Source: Vicugna vicugna
Lineage: Eukaryota
Assembly: GCA_013265495.1 (NCBI GenBank)
Contig: MU058824.1
Coordinates: forward strand, 310,001 to 374,000
Direction of reading: 5' to 3'
DNA length: 64,000 nucleotides
Positions 26,945 to 40,818 of the stretch are shown here, piece after piece. The translations under genes and the position numbers were made by a program. Positions within the stretch are counted from its first letter, which is position 1. The number at the start of each line of letters is the position of its first letter. The notes beneath the pieces were generated by a model. The model was not told the origin of the DNA. It worked only from the letters and a program-made list of their open reading frames with translations, and searched no databases.

Positions 26945-27603
26945 TGTTTGAGCAGGCAGATAGCTAGATATGAGCAGAGAAAGAGGGACACAGATCAAAT
27001 GACAGGAATTGGGCAGAAAGGAGGGGCACAAGCCAAATGCAGGAAACCACACATCATGTAAGCAGCAGGGGTCCCTGGGCAGAGAACGAAAAGCAGGAAC
27101 CTTGGTGCTGATAAGGGATCATGCCTTTTGGGATGACAAGTGGCCTGGAGAAGAACAAAGAAAGGTGAGAAAAGGCAGGAATTTCCAGTGTCCGAATGTA
27201 ACCTTTTGCTCATTATGCCCTCATTTCAATAAAATTAGCTTTGCAGATCAGAAGTACCCATCATGCACCGACGCCACGACACTTCTGATCCAGACTAAAT
27301 AAGGACAAAAATCCCTCCTCCCTTTGGGAAGGTGGAGTTGGGATGATAATCAGGAAATATGACCCCAAGTCCTTCCTTCCTCAATGAATATTCCGCCCAT
27401 TCATTTTTACACCCTATGTAACTAACTTGCCAAAGAAACACAGGGCAGCCGCTCACCTGAGCCTGCCTGCTCTCCCCTTGAGAGTGTACTATCCATCCTT
27501 TAATAAATCCTTACTTTACCTTTTTTAACCACTACGTCTTATCTCTGAATTCTTTCTGGGACAGGACAAGAACCTGGAACACCGGCTGCATCTATAGGCA
27601 ACA
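26945..27603 (+). mobile_element. Solo ERV LTR (659 bp; 4-bp TSD suggests class I/ERV1)
   Basis: TG...CA termini (tgtttgagc...ggcaaca), TSD catc at 26941-26944 and 27604-27607, AATAAA near 27502, GC-richer than its flanks. Confidence 0.88.
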
Positions 27604-30175
27604 CATCCACCTGGGTTTATTCTTATAACATAAATACTTTTGGGAGGATTTGGAAGTTAATAATTCAGTAACATCTCTTAGGGACACACAGAACCTCATC
27701 CAGAGGTGGTCTATTTTGGATCTGCTTTTTAAATTTCTGACTGCATAGGAAATAGTATAAGAGTAAAACAGGTAACAGATCAAAAGAGTGCATATTCTTA
27801 AGAAAACTCTGGTGGTAAGTGAACAGAAGTGAGAGCTAAAAGAACAAAAAAGTCCTGATTTCATTACTGAAAGTACATTAACTCTTATACGATGAGGTGT
27901 ATTATGCCACTGAAATGTGAAAATATTTTCTAATGTCTCAGAAACATTGAATAAGATGTTGTTTTCTGGTTTTTGGTTTTTTTGTTGTTGTTGCTGATGT
28001 TACTAGGTACTCATAATCCTCATCTTCATCTTCCTGTAATTATTAGCACCAAGAGCTTTTCTTGTTTGTAATGTAAATGATTATGACATTTGGATTTTCC
28101 CCAAATACATGAAAAGGAGTGCAATATCTGAAAGGGTAAAAGAGAATGGAAAAGCTCTCTGACCTGAAGAACAGCACTTGAAATGAATCTAGGAAGCAAA
28201 TCAACTCAAAATGCCACTTTTAAGCTCATATTTTTGTCTGTGCAATTCTCTAAGATGAACTTCTTTTTTAAGGAAGAGTCATTTAATCTTAATAACAATG
28301 ATATGGAAGTTTTGTGTGAAATACTTTGATATTTTGCTTTAGATTTTTTCACTTTTAAGAAATAAAATGTAACACATGTGGTTAATACTCCCTTTGTGCC
28401 CTCCCCCAGTTCTATCACCTTCTCTCCCTCTTTGGAGTCTACTATCCTGAACTTGGTAGTTATCATTCCAATGAACGTTTTAATACATTTTATTTCTTAC
28501 AAATACATGGATCCATAAGCAACACACTATTATTTTACATGTTTTCAATTTTTATATAAGCAGCCCTACATGAATCACTCGCCACCTTTTACTCAAAGCA
28601 ATAGTTTTGGGATATATTCAAGTTTCTCTGGTTTATACATTTTCATTGGAGAAAGCCGTATGAAAATAAAATATTACCTTTATTCTCAAAGGGAATATTT
28701 AGCATGTTTCTCATTTTTCACTGTTGCAGACAATACTGTAATGAATTTTTTTGTGCACACCTTCTCATAAATGTGCCAGTTTCTGAAGCTGCTGGGCTGA
28801 GATTGTTCTCTTAAGTAATTACTCGCAACTTACATTCCCACCAGTAATGTCTGAGAACTCTTTTTTCCCCACATCCTCTCCATACTTGGTTTTGTCAGAC
28901 TTGCTAACTTTTGCCAACATAATGGGTATACAATTGTGTTTTGCCAGGGATTTAAGTTTCATTTCCCTTATTGAGGTAGAATGTCTTTGTTTGTTTATTG
29001 GCTATTTGTTTCCTTTTCTGTGAAGAGCTTTTCTGTGTTGTTTACTCATTTCCCAACTGAGCTATTTGTCTTCTTCTTACTGATCTGCAGGAGTTATTTA
29101 CATATTCTGGATACTAAGTCTTGGCTTGTTTTGCAAATATCTTCTCTCCATGTGTGGCTTTTCTTTTTGCTTTGTTTACACTCTTCCACTAGGAATTAAC
29201 TCAGGATCTGAATGATGATACTATTAGCTGTCTTAGCATTAGATTTCTTCATATATTTTGTTTGCCAGCTCATCTTAAAGAGAAGACTGTTTGCTGCTGT
29301 TTTTTGTTTGTTTTGTTTTTCCCTTTTTCTCTTTGCTCACTCTTATAGTTGCTAACACCCTGCTCCTGGTCCATTGTAAGAATCTGTTCTTGTAATGATC
29401 TTTTGCAGCCCTGTGTCTAGTGATACTAGGGGTATCGCAGTTACTGTCACTGAGCCAGTGGGTAGCTTCCTGGTCCTGAGGCTTTACCTTTGTCCTCCTC
29501 CTGCCACTTCTTTAAAACAGCTTCCTCTAAAACTGTAGTTTCAAATTAAAACAAGGAATCCCCAAAATTCTAAGTATTTTCTTGGCTTTATTGGGAATAT
29601 GACTACTTTTCACTGTCTCAATGGGAAAAAAAAAAAGGGAGTATCTTCTTTACTAGATACATTTTCCCAAAACCAGTACTTTGGTATCTACATGTTTCCT
29701 GATTAATCTCTTTGCATTCTTGTTCTGTCTGTGTCCTCAGCACCTATATTTACTCTCATAGTTGTTGGGGAGAAAGCAACTGTTCACCAAGTATTCACTG
29801 TATTTTTTTGTTAGTTTATAGGTTTGTGTATAATTTTGTCCTGGAAATATGATAACTATATGTATAACAGCACAAATAAATGTAAAGTAGGCATTCTGCC
29901 ATATTTCATTCTAAATTCTAACCATATCATATACCAAAAGATAACATTATTTAAAACTGAAATGAAAATAATAGAAACATGATTTATTATTATTAATTTT
30001 AATGACATCCATATAATTATACATTTATAAACTCTCAAAGCATTTACAATATTAATTTTTAAAAAGAAGCACTATCCTTAGGAAGTATATAGGTCACAGA
30101 TACCAATAATCTCATTATACCAAACTTTTCTGTAATGGCTGCAGACACAAATGAGTCTTAGAAATACCACAACAG

Positions 30176-30650
30176 TGTTGGGAGAGGTAGACCGCCATGG
30201 GCCCTGAGTGTCCCTGCATGTTCTTACTAGGTATGCCAAGAATGCAAAGCTTTGACTTCTCTTTACTTGGGCCATTTCTCAGAGTTGGGTTTGTAGCAAG
30301 CAATCTTGAGGGACATTAATGTCCTCTAGGACATTAGACAAAGAGCAGTCTTGCTGACTATTTACTAAAGTCTGGAGATGCCCCCAATTTAGCAGTCCTC
30401 AGATGCCATGTAAACACAGCGTGTGCTCAGTGTCCATCTGGGTTCTCTGCATTGCCTCCTGGTTCGTGGGGGCAAGGTTAACTGATTGAAAAATGCAAGT
30501 GCACGTGTTCTTTGCTGTGCCATCAGTAGAAAGAAAACTTTTTTTTTTGGCTCTGATGATAGTCTTTTGTCTTCTGCCAGTACCCATTAGCTTGTAATAA
30601 GTTAGCATATACAAAGAAAAAAGTAGGGTATACTAAATCCATGATCTGAC
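30176..30650 (+). mobile_element. Old ERVL-class LTR (MER68/MER77/MER21-like)
   Basis: tgttgggagagg...catgggccctgagtgtccctgcatgttcttactaggtatgccaagaatgcaa matches the recalled start of this LTR group. Confidence 0.75.
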
Positions 30651-32790
30651 CGTACAGGGAATGAGGAGGGGATGCTGACAGAGATACAGTTTTCTGGAAG
30701 AGTAAGGACAAGGGCCCTGCAGGTCAGGTTCGGAGATGAGAAGATTCCATGTGATCACACCCAAATGATGGGCAAGCTGGGGGCAGTAAGGGACCCCACT
30801 AGCCTATCTGTTAATGACTGAATGATGAGGAGTAGGATTAAAACAAACTGCCCAGTTGGTGCCATGATCTTTGCTCATCTTCCTCTGGGCAAGCAGAGGA
30901 AGGGATGATAGCATGACAATGGAGCAGCAAGCTGAACAGCAATGAGGTTGTGGCTGCTGAGCCAAGGAATCTCCAAAGTGGAAATAAATGGTGAGAGCAA
31001 TGGGGACCCTGCTATTCAACAAAGAACTTTCAGTGGACTGGAAACATTAGAGGTTCCTTTGGTTGAGACACGAGTGAGCAGCTGCTCAAAAGTGAAAATG
31101 AATGCAAAGCCTTGCCTAATAGCAAAGAGTCAACTCTCCATGTGCCTGATCCCTGCTGTAGCCTGCTTTGTCTGGCAATGAAGACAAAGCACTGGGTGTA
31201 GAGGTGGCCACTGTCTGAAGCAAAGTTGCTGGCTTAATGGTGCCCTCGAGGTTCCCCTGAGTGCCTTGGCTTGGTTTACTGATGATTTGGCTAAGTTAAA
31301 ACCTGATGTTGTCCATTGGGAGGCAATCCAACCACAACTGGCAGGCAGTCCAACCTCAGTGCCAACTCTGGAAGACTGACTGTGGTAAGGGCAGGTCAGT
31401 GGGCTGAAGTGAAAGCCATAATCCTTACCTCAGACAATATTCTTAAATTTAGGACATGTTTTTTCTAACTCATGGGATGTTGGCAACACTCCAGTCACCT
31501 GATCTGCCACTTGGAAGACTACAGATTAAAGACACCCCTCTTTGGGGCTACAAACTATGGAAACAAACTGTGGCCACCAATTGAATAGTCTGGGTCAGTC
31601 ATGTAGATGCCCACAGTAAGGGCCTGTTCTCTTATGTGACCAACTGGAATCAGGTTGCTGAATAAGCCTGCATTGCCCAGGTCATTGGCCATTTGCCCCC
31701 TGGATCCATTACCGTACTAAACATGGCAATGAATCCATCACCATAGGCTGGGCTCAAAGTAAAAGGTATGTGTTTGATGTGAAAGCTACCACTGCATACC
31801 ACACTTGTTTGTTCTTCTTAGTTGGCCTACTTTTCTTATGATGAAGGAAGCCACCTTAACAGGGCATTGCCCCTGCCCATTCTAGGGAAGGACTTTTGAC
31901 CAAACCTTCTCTGGGCCACCGTATGCCTCACCATTGCAGACATTTTTTAGGTTACAGTGTTTCAGGTTACTGTCTTATTAGCCTATACCAGCCACAGCAC
32001 TGAGGCCCTTGAAAATACAGTGTTTTATATATTTGGGTTTCCATACCATCTGACTATGATGTGTCTTTTGTCACAAAGACCCTCCAAAAATGGGCCAAGA
32101 GTTAAGGTATCTGATGGACATTTTATGCCCCCTACTGTCCTCTGGAATCTGAAATAAGAGCCAGCAAGTCCTCCTTGAAAATAAACTCAGAAAGATGTCT
32201 GACTCTACCACAGTTACCTCCTCCTGGTTCATACACCGAAGTGAGGTAGTTTGGTTACTGAATATGGCCACCCTCAGAAAGAGTTCATCTCTTGGCAGCT
32301 GCCTGGGAAATAATCGGGACAAAAGGAGCAGGGGATCATTGAAAATTTGGGATTCTGCCCTGTCCATTCTTAGTTATGATGCTTCTTTCTTTCCCCTAAG
32401 AGTAATTCCAGGCTGGGCTTCTTCGTATACCCTCTGGGTGGCAGCCCAGTCAAAAGGGAGCTCAGAGATTCAAACTTAATTCTGGTTCAGCCACCTGAAT
32501 TTGTTTGTCAATTGACATGGTCTTAGATCATAAATACCCATAATGACCAGTTGATTGAGTACACTACTCCCAAAGTCCTCCTGTAATGCCCATGTAGGCC
32601 CAGGCAGGGGATATAATGGGTCTTTGTAAATTTGTCCTATATGCACCTACCCTTCTAGATGAAAGGTATGGGTGCAAATAGGAGATGATTGGAGAAAGGG
32701 TAAAAAGTTCTAGCTATTAGGATGGAACACACTGATTTTTGTGGCCAAGGAGGGAATTCAACAACTTGAGCACCTGGGAAGATCCTACTG
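30651..32790 (+). mobile_element. Decayed ERVL-type internal region (RNase H and integrase remnants); no 3' LTR seen
   Basis: Frame-broken pol motifs: AWFTDD at 31269, QWAEVKA at 31397, WVSHVDAHSKG at 31591; integrase-like IFGFP in ORF 31957. Confidence 0.78.
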
Positions 32791-34344
32791 CATGGCACAG
32801 ATAACTACAATCAATATCTTATATTAGCCTATAATGAAAAAGGGTATGTATACCTGAATCACTATGCTGTACCGCAGAAACTAACACAGCATTGTAAATC
32901 AACTATACTTCAATGAAAAATTTGCACTGCTTTCCCCAGTCATAGATATTCTAAATGGAAATAAGAGGACAGATTGTGCAATATGGAAGAGGACTCCTGA
33001 ATGGGTACAGAATGGAGACTGGTGTCAACAACTCAAAAGATAGAAGAAAAAATTGGATTAGGGATGAAGATTTTGAATTCTGGTTTTTGTTTTTTTTAAA
33101 CATGTGGAGTCTGGGGTGTCTGAGGGAAATCTATATAGAGATGTCTAGCAAAAAGAAAACAAGAAAAGAATATATATATGGATCTGAAGATTGGAGGAGA
33201 TGGCTAGATTCAAGACACAGGGTTATGAATCATCTATATTAATAGCTGTTTCAACTGTTTTCTCCAAAGACATAATTTTTGGCATAACAACATTGCAAAT
33301 CAACTATACTTCAATTTAAAAAAAGCTGCATTGCTTTTCCCAGTCATAGACATTTTCCTTCTTTCTTTAAGTTTCTGATTTCAGACCTAAATACTGTATT
33401 TTACAGCTAAAATCTCTAACTACTCAACAACTATGATGGTGACCACATCATTAACCTGCCATCTTAAGCAAGTCTGAAAAAAAAATTTTTAAAAAAAGGT
33501 ATTTGACAATTCTTTAAGCAAAAGCTAAGAATGGTACTTCAAAGACAAAATAGGAGCTCTATTTGTTGTTTTTCAAGTTTAAGATGTTCGTCCATCTGGC
33601 AGAGCAGCTAGACAATACATTCATTAGCCAAGAACATCTCTCTGGCTTGAGACAGATTCTGGCTCTCAAAGAGGACTGAACTGAAGGAAAGGAAACATCT
33701 TTAGTTGCTCTGTGGCTGAACTCTTCTAATACTTCTCTTCAATGCCTCCTTCAAGCCTTGGCTCCATCCACTAACTTGGCTTCCATAGGAATAGACAGAA
33801 CTATCAAGTGGCACATAGTCAAACAGCAGAACAGAAAGAGAAAATGTTACTGTCAAAAAAAAAAAAGTAGACAGACTTTTCTCTGAGAAAAGAAACTATG
33901 GAAAACTATTGACTCTGAGACTTCCTTACCCAATGCCGGATTTTTCATGTGCTTTTCCTGTCTGATATAGCCTAGTTAATCCATTCAGTGGAGAACATTT
34001 CATATAAAAAATAAATATTAAAAAGTTATAAAGTGCTGTGATGCTTATTTCCACAAGTATAATTCCGTTGTGCTTGTGAGTTGCCCTCATTTATTTAGAG
34101 TGGTGCTTTAAGTTGGCACAACCTTTTGGGATGATTATAAAATGTATTTTGTTTCCCATAATTGATATTTTATTTATAGGAAAACATTTCATCTCTTTAA
34201 AAATTAAAAAAAATTTATTGAAGTATAGTTGATTTACAATATTGTGTTAATTTCTGGTGTACAGCAGAGTGATTCAGATATATATATATACACACACACA
34301 TACATATTCTTTTTCATATTCTTTTCCATTATTCCATCTTAAAT

Positions 34345-34532
34345 CAGTAATTCTCAAACTCTAGCATGCATCAGGATCTCTGGTGGGCTGGAAAATGCAG
34401 ATTGCTAAGACGTTCCCTTTAGATATTTTCATTCACTAGCTCTGGTGTGGGGTCCAAGAATTTACATCTCAAACAAGTTTCTGGGAGATGCTGGTGCTGC
34501 TAGGTCCAAGAGTTCACATTTTGAGAATCATT
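34345..34532. mobile_element. MER5A-like hAT MITE
   Basis: Inverted ends cagtaattctcaaa ... tttgagaatcattg; internal gcatgcatcaggatc and aacaagtttctgggagatgctg. Confidence 0.8.
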
Positions 34533-34573
34533 GTTTGAACAAAGAACCTATGAGTTCTCAATCCAAAGAGCTT

Positions 34574-34576
<3 letters not shown>

Positions 34577-34624
<48 letters not shown>
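34577..34624. repeat. (CA)n microsatellite
   Basis: Uninterrupted run of more than 20 AC units. Confidence 0.97.
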
Positions 34625-34626
<2 letters not shown>

Positions 34627-37599
34627 ACACACAAGCCTGTTCCGCCCCCAATCAATGAAATCAGAATTTCTGAGACTTTGGAATTAATATTTCCTAAACG
34701 CGTCTGTAGTTGATTCAAAAATGGTATCAAGATTGAGACATGCTGACCTAATTCAGTGACTTATTCAACATTCAACAGTTATTTACTATGTAATTACTCT
34801 GAATCAGACACTATGCTAAGGGTTTTGGAAGCTTTAAAAACAATTAAAATACAAATGTACACTCATTATGCGCTACAGTGCAGTACAGGCAAGGAGGGAT
34901 AAGTGCATAAAAAACACAAAAATACACCAGGCAGGTTGCATGAGGATGAACTTTCAGCTCTTTGTGGTGAGGAGAAAAGGTTAGATCAGGAAAGACTCCA
35001 TGAGGGAGACGGCAGTTGAGCTGGGTCTTGATTTGGGATCACCAATATTTTGGCACCTCTCCATGTCGCCATTTTTCCCGCCCCCTCTCCATTTCATTGT
35101 TATGGACAATAGATATTTTCTAAATTTCATGTAAAGTGCTATACAAAGATAGCCTTGAGTCTTATCCCCACCTATTCCAATCAGTTTGCACCCATAAGTT
35201 CCTCCTCCTAAATTTTTGACATTAGTAAAGTTGTATATATCAAGTCTCTAGGCATCCATTCTTTACCTGGCCCAGTTATTCCCACACTGTCCCTCACTTT
35301 GGCCATTACAGATAGTGAAGCCATTTGCAAATGTTACTGACTACTGTAATACAATGAATGAGATCAGCCCTATGTAAGGATGGACAGCGGTCAGAACTCT
35401 GAAGAGGGGCCTAACCTAGCCTTGAGGGGCCAGTAAAGGCTTCTTGGAGAAAACAGTGCCTGTGCTGCCTTTAAAGCCAGGTGAAATTGGAAGGAAGCTG
35501 ACTGTACAAGGGCATTGTGAGTGGAGAATGAGGGCAAGGAAGACGTGATTCGAATAAAAGATTTAAATAGTACACCTGAGGGTAGAGTAGAACAGGAGAT
35601 ACACAAAGCTGAAGCCAAAAAGGTAAGCAAGGGCTAGGTGATGGAATGTGCCAGACTAACAAGTCTGAACTTCTTCCTTAGAGTTTCTGAAGCAGTACTG
35701 AAGGATTCAAGTAAGGCAGTGACATGAGAGGGTCTCAGCCAGCTCATCCTTGCATCTGAAGGCAAGTCACTAATTTTCTCCCAGCCTGTTTCCTCCCACA
35801 AGAAAAATAAGGAGGTTGGATTATGATCTAAAGGCTCATCCAGCTGAATGTTCATTGACTCTATGATTCTAAGACACAGAAGACTCAGTCTTTATAACTA
35901 CTTCAAAATTAAACTTTTTATTACAGCTGGCTCAACAATAATCTAGATTTCTAATGATTTCCATTTTTCCTAACCACAGGGTAATAGTTTTTGAGTCTAT
36001 TTCCTTTCTCCTGATACAAAAATTCATCTTTCTAACATAATGAGGTTCAAGCTATAGGGGAGCCAGAAATGCTACCTCATGGGGAGGCAGCATGGTATAA
36101 TTAAATGAGACAGTATTTTGGAACCAATCAGATCTGAGTACTTCATTGGCTATATTAACTGCAAGCATGTTACTTCCCAAAGCCTCAGATTTCCCATTGG
36201 TTAAAAAAAACCTATAGTGACTGGTTCACAGAAAAGGCTCAATAATTGCTGGTTTCTTTCTCAGATACCATGATGGTTCTCTTCTCGTCATAAAAGCAGT
36301 CTTTGCAAACAAAACATTTTTTATTTGACCATGTTTGTTTCAGAGACCAAAAAAATAGGAAAGTATTTGCTCCTAGTGTTCTCACTGATGTCTGTTATAA
36401 TCTGCCTGGCCTATTCTCCTCACTGACCCTGACAAGGCTTCTGAGTTTCATGGCAAGCCATTACTTAAAAAAATCATGTTTTAATATTAAATTCAGAAGC
36501 TAAATCCAAACAAATCTTGTTTACCATCTCGTTCCAAGCAGCCCAAGTCTTGTGATAGGCTCCATCTTTAGTTTTCCAACAATGTACCTTACTTTTATTG
36601 ATCCTAACATGCAGTTAAAAAAAAAAATCAATTCATCTACTCAGCTAAGATATGTGCCTTTGGGGAAACTGTTTCAAGCAACTGATTGAATCCATTTGTT
36701 GGCTCTTTGCTTTAGTTCCATACTATGGATGGGATTTCTTAGACAGTGAAAAAAGACAAATGGCAAATAAATGTGTAAATAAATTCAATTAAACTTAGAA
36801 ATCCTTAATGAACCCCATGCGGGCTATGCATTAAAGGTTTCAATTAAATGTTGAGCACTAAGTAGTAATGTGACTTGGTAACTACTACCCACTTTCAGAA
36901 TGGTAGCCAAGGTCCTCACAGTGGTGATGCTTGAATTCAAACACGTATCTAGCCATCTTTAAAAAATCATGTCACAAACCACCTCCATGTACAAATCAAT
37001 CCCTGAACCCTGTACTGCTCCTCGGCTTTCTTTCACTGTTCTAGGACCTTTTCTCTTTGAAGCTAAGAAGGCAACTGAGTTGGTAAAAAAAAAAAAATCC
37101 TACAGTTTGGTAGTTAGACTGGGGAAGAAGGATTTGCAGATCAAAGGCTATTTCTAGTTGTACCATTTGGTAACTCATCCTAGGGTAAGTTTCCTGTTTG
37201 CCACAGCTATGTTTTTATTCTAATCTAACAGTTCTAAGTTCATCACAATTCTCAAATCAACATTTCAGTATCTCCCTCAAGCTCGCTGTGAACCAATGAG
37301 AAATAAACAAACAAAATAAAACAAACTTTAGAAAGTCATTCAAAAATTATGAATTATATATTTTACCTATATTGAAAAATTTGGAAAATTATTGAAAATT
37401 GGGAAAATAAGAAAAAAGATCACCTACAATTCCATTACCCTAAGCCTAACATAAGCTTTGTTGGCATTTTGGTACCATCTCTACCATTCCTTTTTAGCTT
37501 TTTTGTTTAATGTGAGAGGTGATTTTTATAGTTTCCATCAGACTATACATCTAATTTCATATGTGGAATAAGCAGTGATTTTAAGAATAGCTTTTACTA

Positions 37600-38450
37600 T
37601 AATAATAACTGACTCAGGTGGGAGTGGTCAGGGGATGCTAACACTAGTGGGTGAAAGTTTGAGGAGTAACAGGATATTTACGTAGTTTTAACTTAGCTCT
37701 CCATAAAATGCTTATAATCACACAAAAAAGTAAGGTTACAGTGGAGCAACCTGACAGGTGTCAACTTATCCAAATGATTAAAGTTAACATCACCAGTAAG
37801 AGTACAAATAACGTCATGTGCTTTCTGACATGGTGCACTAAGAACACAACATCACTCCTATGGTATTCTCACCAAAAAAGCATAACCTGAATTATGAGGA
37901 AACATCAAACAAATCCAAAATTAAAGACAATATAGCTGGCCTATACTCTTAGAAAATAATGTCTGAGGAAAGACTGAGGATCTTTTGAAGATTAATGAAG
38001 ACTAAAAAGACATCATAATTGAATGAAATGCCCAATCCTGGATTTTCTTTTATATAGATGACGTTGTTGGGACAGTTGGCAAAATCTAAATAAGGTTTAT
38101 GGATTGGATAACAGTATTTATGTTAATTGCCTGATTTTAATAATTGACCTGTGGTTATATAAGAGAATGCTTTTTTTTTTTTTTGAGAATGTCCTTTTAT
38201 TTAATTTTTTTTAAATAGGAAATATGCCCTAAACATTTGGGTGCAAAGGAATATCACATCTGCAACTTACTCCAGATGGTTCGGAAGACAATGTCTCATG
38301 CTCACATATATTGAGAGAGAAGGACAGAAGGATGAAGTACACACATTTGGGGAATCTGGGTGAAGGGCATATCAGAATTCTTTGCATTATTCTTGCAACT
38401 TTTCTGTAAATGTGAAATTATGTCAAAATATAAAGTTAGAAGAAAAAAGA
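37600..38450 (+). mobile_element. L1MC/L1MD-like 3' UTR remnant (related pieces at about 46060-46720 and 56990-58150)
   Basis: acagtggagcaacctgaca..atccaaatgattaaagttaacatcacc..atgaggaaacatcaaacaaatccaaa..ctgcaacttactc..ttcttgcaacttttctgtaa. Confidence 0.7.
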
Positions 38451-40647
38451 AAAAGCTTAACTTTTATTATAAATGTAATAACATATTCATTAAAGATTTC
38501 AAAAATAGAGAAAAATATAAAGAAGAAAACAATGAGCAGCCTGCATCTGACAAACTTGAAGAAACCACGGTTTACATTTTGATATACTTTCTTCCTATCT
38601 CTTACCTACAGGGAATGTTTCTTATCCTCAGATTACATTAAAATTTTGAAAAGTTCCATAATCACACCTTAGTTAATATTCACAATATCCCTGTTGTGAA
38701 AGCCAGAAGGAAACCCAAATTCAAAAAGATTAAACTATGAGTTTATTTTAGAAAGACTATTAGTTTAGATCATATAACAAAAAAATAATTTCACTAAGTA
38801 ACCAGTTGACTGTAATTCACAAACTGGCTGAGATTTAGTTTCCTATAAAATGATAAGTTTGGAGATGATTTCTAGGATTCTTTCTAACAGTAAAATGCTA
38901 CAATTTTAACCTCTTCTATTATCACCAACATTTTATTTTTGTACACAGAAACTGTAGTGCCTAGCACAGTGCCTTATGTACAGTAGGCACTATATAAATA
39001 TTTTCTGAATGAATAACAAATGCATTACAAATTATAAAATGGATAGTTATATTATAGAGGTTATGAAGATAAAATCATACATAAAAGTACTTTGTAAAGT
39101 ATAACATAATTATAATTGTTATTACTGATGATTTGGAATAGAAACAATATAAAACAAATTGTTCATTCTGAAAATAGAGATTAAAAAGTTAAGATATGCC
39201 ACCTTTTTTAAAAAAAAGAGATGTCACCTTTTTGTAGGAATCTAAGAAATTTACTATGAAGTTTATTTCTGTATTACTCTTGTTTCGAGTATAATTCACC
39301 TTATTCTCATCAATAACCAATTTAACTGACTGTTTACAGACAGATGGAGAGACAAATGACAAATTAGTACTCTCCAGGTTTGTGGCATGGACATAAAAAG
39401 TGAATTTATTTTTCAAATACCTTTTATAGCCACAGCCTTGCAAGTAGAAGATATCTTATCTGGTTTACTATTGATCCAAATGACAAAGCTGAGCATCAGA
39501 TTAAGGATATGTCAGAAACCTGAAAGAAGGCTACCAACAGATGCGGCAGGATGGTAGCGTCTTTCAAAATGATCTATTAAGGCTACAGTGTTTATAAAGG
39601 CAGTTGAGAAAACACAGCACAATATACAGGGTTGCATCAAGTAACCAGCACAGCACCCATAAAAACCTCTGATACTTAATGTGAACCCCACACGCCATTT
39701 ACGGTACCTGTTTATTTCCAGCAATAAAAACTATTTACAGATTTTTTATGCTAAAACAAAAGACACAGGGCTTTTTCTTCACCCTATATCCCTTTCCTAT
39801 TTATTACAGTTTCCTTCTCAACAAATGCTAGTATTTCTAAGACATAATCTGCTTTAAGACAATAGGAGATACTATCTAATTTAAATTGACTGCCAATCAG
39901 AAAGATCAAGCGCAATTCAAGAATTTAATTCTAAGATATCTTCTTTGGTGATAGTGAAATATGCTTAACTAAGTATGGTAATGACTAAAAAAATACCATG
40001 CCAAAATGGAGTCCTGAAATGTAAAAATTCTGAGACTGTTTCTTATTTATAGTACAATATTTTGTGGGGGAAAAAAAAACAAACAACATCTTGGGGATAA
40101 AATACCAAGCATGCTAAAAAAAAAAATATATATATATATATATAAACAAAAGAAGAAACCTGATCAGAGGTGGGAAAACCCATCTTTTGTGATCACCTTG
40201 GGATTAGCACTTCTTTAAGGGAAGATCCATTACTTTCTAGACTAGGATGAACTGAAGAATTTTGTGAGAATCATGGGAATAGAAAAAGCTTCAGAAAATT
40301 CCCCTTTCAGATGGCTTTAGACAGACTTACACTGTTTTTTCAAAACCCAGAGTGCTCTAACAATTTCAAGGGACCAACATTTGACACTATTATAGGCTAA
40401 AGGGATAGACAGCTACAGTCTAAAACTATTTAAAACACCAGCAAACTACTTAACTTTTTAGTTTGCCTTCTTAGCTAGCATGTGACATTTCATAGCAATA
40501 ATAAAATCTGTTTTTATTTACCATCAGCTTAAATAGTAGCAAATATAAGTTTAAACAGATTCCCATTTAGCTCTAACTAGTTACCTAAACATGAGCATAC
40601 CGTTATCGATCATCAACTTTGTGAATTTAAGGCATTGTTTTTATTTA

Positions 40648-40774
40648 TTTTTTTTAATTTTAGGGGGGTAATTAGGTTTTTATTTATTTATTTATAATGG
40701 AGGTATTAGGGACTGAACCCAGGACCTCATGCATGCTAGGCATGTACTCTGCCACTGAGTTATACCTTCCCCTC
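40648..40774 (-). mobile_element. Vic-1-like SINE
   Basis: A/B boxes present; TSD aaggcattgtttttattta starting at 40629 and 40775. Confidence 0.92.
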
Positions 40775-40786
40775 AAGGCATTGTTT

Positions 40787-40789
<3 letters not shown>

Positions 40790-40818
<29 letters not shown>

